Assembly (NCBI RefSeq): GCF_009914755.1
Contig: NC_060935.1
DNA: 64,000 nt
Strand: one strand, 5' to 3'
DNA from: the human T2T-CHM13v2.0 reference genome, Homo sapiens
Shown here piece after piece: positions 59,593 through 64,000 of the stretch (positions are counted from its first letter, which is position 1; each line of letters begins with the position of its first letter). The notes below the pieces were generated by a model. The model searched no databases, was not told where the DNA came from, and saw nothing but the letters and a program-made list of their open reading frames with translations. The translations under genes and the position numbers were made by a program.

Positions 59593-61039
59593 GCACACAG
59601 AGAATAATTTATGTGGAAGCACTTTGTAGAATGCAGCAGAATTTATGAGGTAGTGATTATTATGTTAAGTGCAAGAACTGAAGAATAAATAAGGTTTCAA
59701 GATCCCCTACAATCCTTATAGAGAAGCTGAGTTTTGCTTTCTTGACCAATGTCTGTGCCAACATATATGTCTGGAAGAAAGAACTGGGCAATTTGAAGCT
59801 TTCTACAAAAGTTGGCAGGACTTGGGGTGAGCAGAAAATTCATAGAAAAACTGGCCAACTGCAGTTACTTTTGATTCACAAAGCCATGGATGGTCTTTGT
59901 TGAAGGGAAGCTACGGGTTGGAAGCCGTTCTATAAATAAGCATACGACTTCCAAAAACCTGAGGGGCTGAGGAGTCACAGTGTGGTGCCTACAAAGTCAG
60001 CCTCAGCCACCTTCACCCAGGGAGTATGAGTGAATGTGACAAGTTGGTGGCCTGGATGTTGGCGGAAATGACATGGCTACTTCCAGAAAGAAAACTACCT
60101 TAACCACCAAGAGTCACGGGGAGTCCAGCTTTCAGAATTCTACTCATGGCTCATTGCTGGAACAGAACTGACAGCACTAGCTAGCAGCTGCTAAAACCCA
60201 TCATTGTCTTCTTTGGCCCTGAAATCAACCTACAAAACAGCCTTTCACAGGGAGTACATTAAGTACTGATGTTCATAGTCCTTGCATGCTGGGATTCCAA
60301 GTCTTATAATTGCTTAGATAGTATGATTCTGGGAGCAATAGCTCCCACAAAGATAGAATTCATGACTATCTAAATCCAGTACCACCAATAGATCTGAGCA
60401 CCCAAAGGTCCGGTCTGGGCTGCATGATTTAGAGGGCCCCACTCTAGTTCTCCAGTGTCCAAGCTCCTCCCCACAGGGTAAACAGCCTTCTAGATCCTGT
60501 TTGAGAAACCTCAGACTCCTGCATTCCCTGTCTTACTGCCTTCAGGGTCTGCACAGGCCTGTTCCCAGGCCCATTCTCTGGAGGACTGCACAATCAGTGT
60601 GTGCTGCCCTAGTCCTGAGGAGTGGCTAAGGGATGGCTGTTTTCAGGGAGGAGAGAATGGTAGAGCTTGGACGTGCAGTAGGGATGTCCATACTCATGTG
60701 TGAGAAGCCCCTCAAAGTGCTGAATGGAGCCAAGGGTGAGAAAGACAAGGAGGACTGGCTTGGTGAGGGAATGGGGGGAAGAGGAATGGATAGATATCCA
60801 TTGCTTATCCATTCATCAGTTGATGGATTTTTGGCTGTTTCTACCTTTGGCTATTATAAATAATGTTACTGTGAACACTTATGTACTGTTGCTTAGTGTT
60901 CCAGGGTCTCAATGAATCACAGTTTATCTTTTGCTCTATTGAGGGAAACATAAGTTTCTCTTGTCCTCTTACTAACTAAAGTTTGCAATTGTAAGTATGT
61001 CCTCTTGCGCACATTTGGAAAAAGTTTATCTTGAGTAGC

Positions 61040-62450
61040 CACCTTTTAAAAATGAATGACAGTATTTTTTACTGTGGTAAAATACATATAACATTTGTCA
61101 TTTTAAAGTGTATAATCCAGTGAAATTACATGCACTCATAACGTTGTGCAACAATCAGCAATATTTCAAGAGTATTTTCATCACCCCAAGGAAATCCTGT
61201 ACCCATTAAGAAGTTACTCCCTATCTCTCGCTTCCCTCTGGTCCTAACAATCACTAATCTTTTTCTGTCTGCATAGATTTGCCTGTTTTGGAACATTTCA
61301 CAGAAGTAGAACCATACACTATCTAGTCTTTTGTGTCTGGCTTTGTTCGCTTAGCATGTTTTCAGAGTTCATCCATATTGTAGCATGTTACTTCCAATGT
61401 GGTATTAGTAGCTGTGGTGGACTGAATGTTTGTGTCCCCCTAAAATTCATATGTTGAAATCCTAACCTCAATGTGATGGTATTAGGAGGTGGGACCTTTG
61501 GGAGGTGATTAGATTTTGATGAATTTAAGATGGTGGAGCCCCCGTGATGGGATTGGCACCCTTATAAGGAAAGAAAGGGACACCAGATCTTCCTCTCTCT
61601 ATAAAGATACAACGTGAAGGAGGCAGTCTGCAAGTCAGAAAGAGAGCCCTCACCAGGAACTGAATGGCAGGCACCTTGATCTTGGAATTCCCAGCCTCCA
61701 GAACTATAGGAAATAAATGTCTGTTGTTTAAGACGCCTAGACTATGGTATTTTGTTGGAGCAACCAGAATTCACTAAGGCAGTAACTAATGAAGTATTTA
61801 CACTTCATTTCTTCTTTTCCTTCTCTCTTTTTTTCCAATTAATAAACCTTATTTTTTAGAATAGTTTTAGGTTCATGGCAAAATTTATTAGAAAGTGCAG
61901 TGTTTCCACACACCTCCCTTCATTCCTTTGTGGCAGAATAACATTCCATTATATGGATATATTTTATTTTGTCCATTTATCAGTTGATTGACATTTGGGC
62001 TGTTTCTGCTTTTGGCTATCATGAATGATACTGCTATGGACATTCATGTACAAGTTTTTGTGTAGACATACATTTTTATTTTTATTGAATATATATCTAG
62101 GAACAGAATTGCTGGGTCATATGGTAATGCTATGTTTAACTTTTTGAGGAACAGCCGAACTGTTTTCCAAAGTGGTTGTACCATTTTGTATTCCCATCAG
62201 CGGTGTATGAAAATTCCCATTTTTCTGCACCCTTGCTAACACTTGTTATTTTCTGTTAAAAAATTACTATAGCAATCCTAGTGTGTGTGAAGTATCTCAT
62301 TGTAATTTCGATTTGCATTTCCCTAATAGCTAATGATTCCAAGCATCTTTTCATGTGCTTATTGGCTATTTATGCTTTTATGAGAAAAAATCTATTCAAG
62401 TTATTTGTCCATTTTTTCTTTAATATTTTTATTCTTTGCAAATACTTTAT
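61040..62450 (-). mobile_element. L1MB-type 3' region, interrupted by an MLT1A LTR
   Basis: ttttcatcaccccaag...ctgtacccattaag, cttttgtgtctggctt, gaattgctgggtcatatggtaa, gtatctcattgtaatttcgatttgcatttccct. Confidence 0.75.
61413..61781 (+). mobile_element. MLT1A-type MaLR solo LTR
   Basis: tgtggtggactgaatgtttgtgtccccctaaaattcatatgttgaaatcc...ccagcctccagaact...actaaggca; TSD gtagc/gtaac. Confidence 0.88.
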
Positions 62451-62544
62451 AGCAATAAACATATAGAAGAAAGTCACCCACTGCCTTACTAACCCAATGC
62501 ATAATAAATGTTTTTGTGTTTCCAAGTTTCTCGTCTATACACAT

Positions 62545-62950
62545 ATTTAAAATTCTATTTTAAAATCATGATAAAGTATATGTAACACAAAACTTACCAT
62601 CTTGACTGTTTTTAAGTGTACAGTTCAGGGGAATTAAGTACATTCACACTGTTGTACAACCATCACCATTATTCATCTCCAGGTTTTTTTTCATCTTCCC
62701 AAACTGAAACTCTCTATCCATTAAAAACTGACTCCCCATTTCCCTCTCCCTGTAGCCCTTGACCATCACCATTCTACTTTGTGTCTCTATGAATTTGACT
62801 TCTTTAGATACCTCATATAAATGGAATGATACAATATTTGTCCTTTTGTGACTGGCTTATTTCACTTAGCATAATGTCTTCAAGGTTCATCCATGTTGGA
62901 TCAGGTGTCAGATATTCCTTCATTTTTAAGGCTATATAGTGTACCACATT
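62545..62950 (-). mobile_element. L1MB-type 3' end
   Basis: ttttaagtgtacagttcag...attaagtacattcacactgttgtacaaccatcacca...ctctatgaatttgact...ttttgtgactggcttatttcacttagcataatgtc. Confidence 0.8.
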
Positions 62951-63529
62951 TTATTAGCTAACAATAGTTCTATAATTCTACAAATTTTAGATTCTCTTGG
63001 GATTTTTTGTGTAGACACATGTATCATCTGTGGATACTGACAGCATTGTTTCTTCCTATTTAAATCTCCAAGCCACTCATGGCTCCAGATTTCCTGTTCT
63101 CCTTTTCCCCATATACAGATGGCAAAGCCAAATTCTGCTAACTAACCACAGCTATGTTGTGTCTGGAGCCTTCCCCACAAACCCAACAGCTGCTCTCCTC
63201 AGTGGGAGAATCCTGTTGTAGTTGTGCTGCCATGGACAGGACCCTGCCTGGCCAGGCCCTCCCTAGGGAGAGCTAGCTTTCATCTTTGGCCCCCTCTCTG
63301 CTCTCTGCACCTCAAGTTCATGCCAAACCCTGTGGCTCGCTATTCCAGGGACACTTCCTGATTATTTCTACCTTTGCTCCTATGATCTCCCTGGCTGGAA
63401 TAACCCCCATTCCACCTCCACCAGTTGAAATCCCAATGTTTCCATGGATTATGTTAAATAACATATTCTCTCTAAAGGTTTATTCAAGTTCCCTCTTGCC
63501 TCCTTAAATCTGGATGTGATCTCTCAGAA

Positions 63530-63760
63530 AATGGCATAATGGAAAGGAATAGAATTAGAGAAAGATTAGCTCAAATGCAGTTCTATTATGGTTCTAACCC
63601 ATAATAGCTCTGTGATCTGCCCAAGCTATGTGGCTTAGTTTCCTTATCTGTAGAATCAAACACTGATGCTTCCTGTAGAGGGTTTTCTTGAGGATGACTT
63701 GTATAACACAGTCAAAGGACCTGATACTAAGTAAGTGTGCAGTAAGTATTGGCTCTTCTC
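63530..63760 (+). mobile_element. MIR relic
   Basis: atggcataatggaaagg...tagctctgtgatct...ttagtttccttatctgtagaat. Confidence 0.55.
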
Positions 63761-64000
63761 CTCCCAGTCTTCACACCAGCATAATCACTTGCACCTTCCT
63801 GAGGCACTTGCCCCACCCAGCTTTGCATCATGGACCCATGTGGGCTGGTGTGATCCTCATTCCAGGTGTGAGTGTTCTCTTTCTTCTGAAGGAAGAGAAA
63901 ATAGGCCTCAGAGCCTGATGAAACTTGTTCTCATTATGGCACACAGTTACCAGCTGTGTGACCTTAGTTTACTCATCTGGCAATGGGAACTTTCATGAGG

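Overview
Primate (very probably human or great-ape) genomic DNA: AT-rich, CpG-depleted and mostly made of transposable-element relics. I see no supportable protein-coding gene, RNA gene, CpG island or CRISPR array. The recognisable ORFs in the track are reading frames through Alu, L1, HERV-H or LTR sequence; the rest are short and unsupported. Main contents: (i) the probable 3' tail of a processed retrocopy at the left edge; (ii) a compact 3.6-kb minus-strand HERV-H provirus (12413-16008) lacking pol, with two structurally different LTR7s and non-matching flanks, which is the most interesting object here; (iii) many solo LTRs (MLT2, MER39, LTR33, LTR2B, MST, THE1D, MER67, MER4, MER34, LTR10, MLT1); (iv) about 20 Alu/FLAM copies, many with readable target-site duplications (TSDs); (v) L1 relics, including a 5'-intact, 3'-truncated L1PA (53145-57383) and an inverted L1MA; (vi) MIR, L2 and DNA-transposon fossils. 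Subfamily names come from recalled consensus sequences and need RepeatMasker/Dfam confirmation. I found no evidence of a new biological system; the findings are rearrangement and insertion signatures plus candidate LTR-derived regulatory elements.
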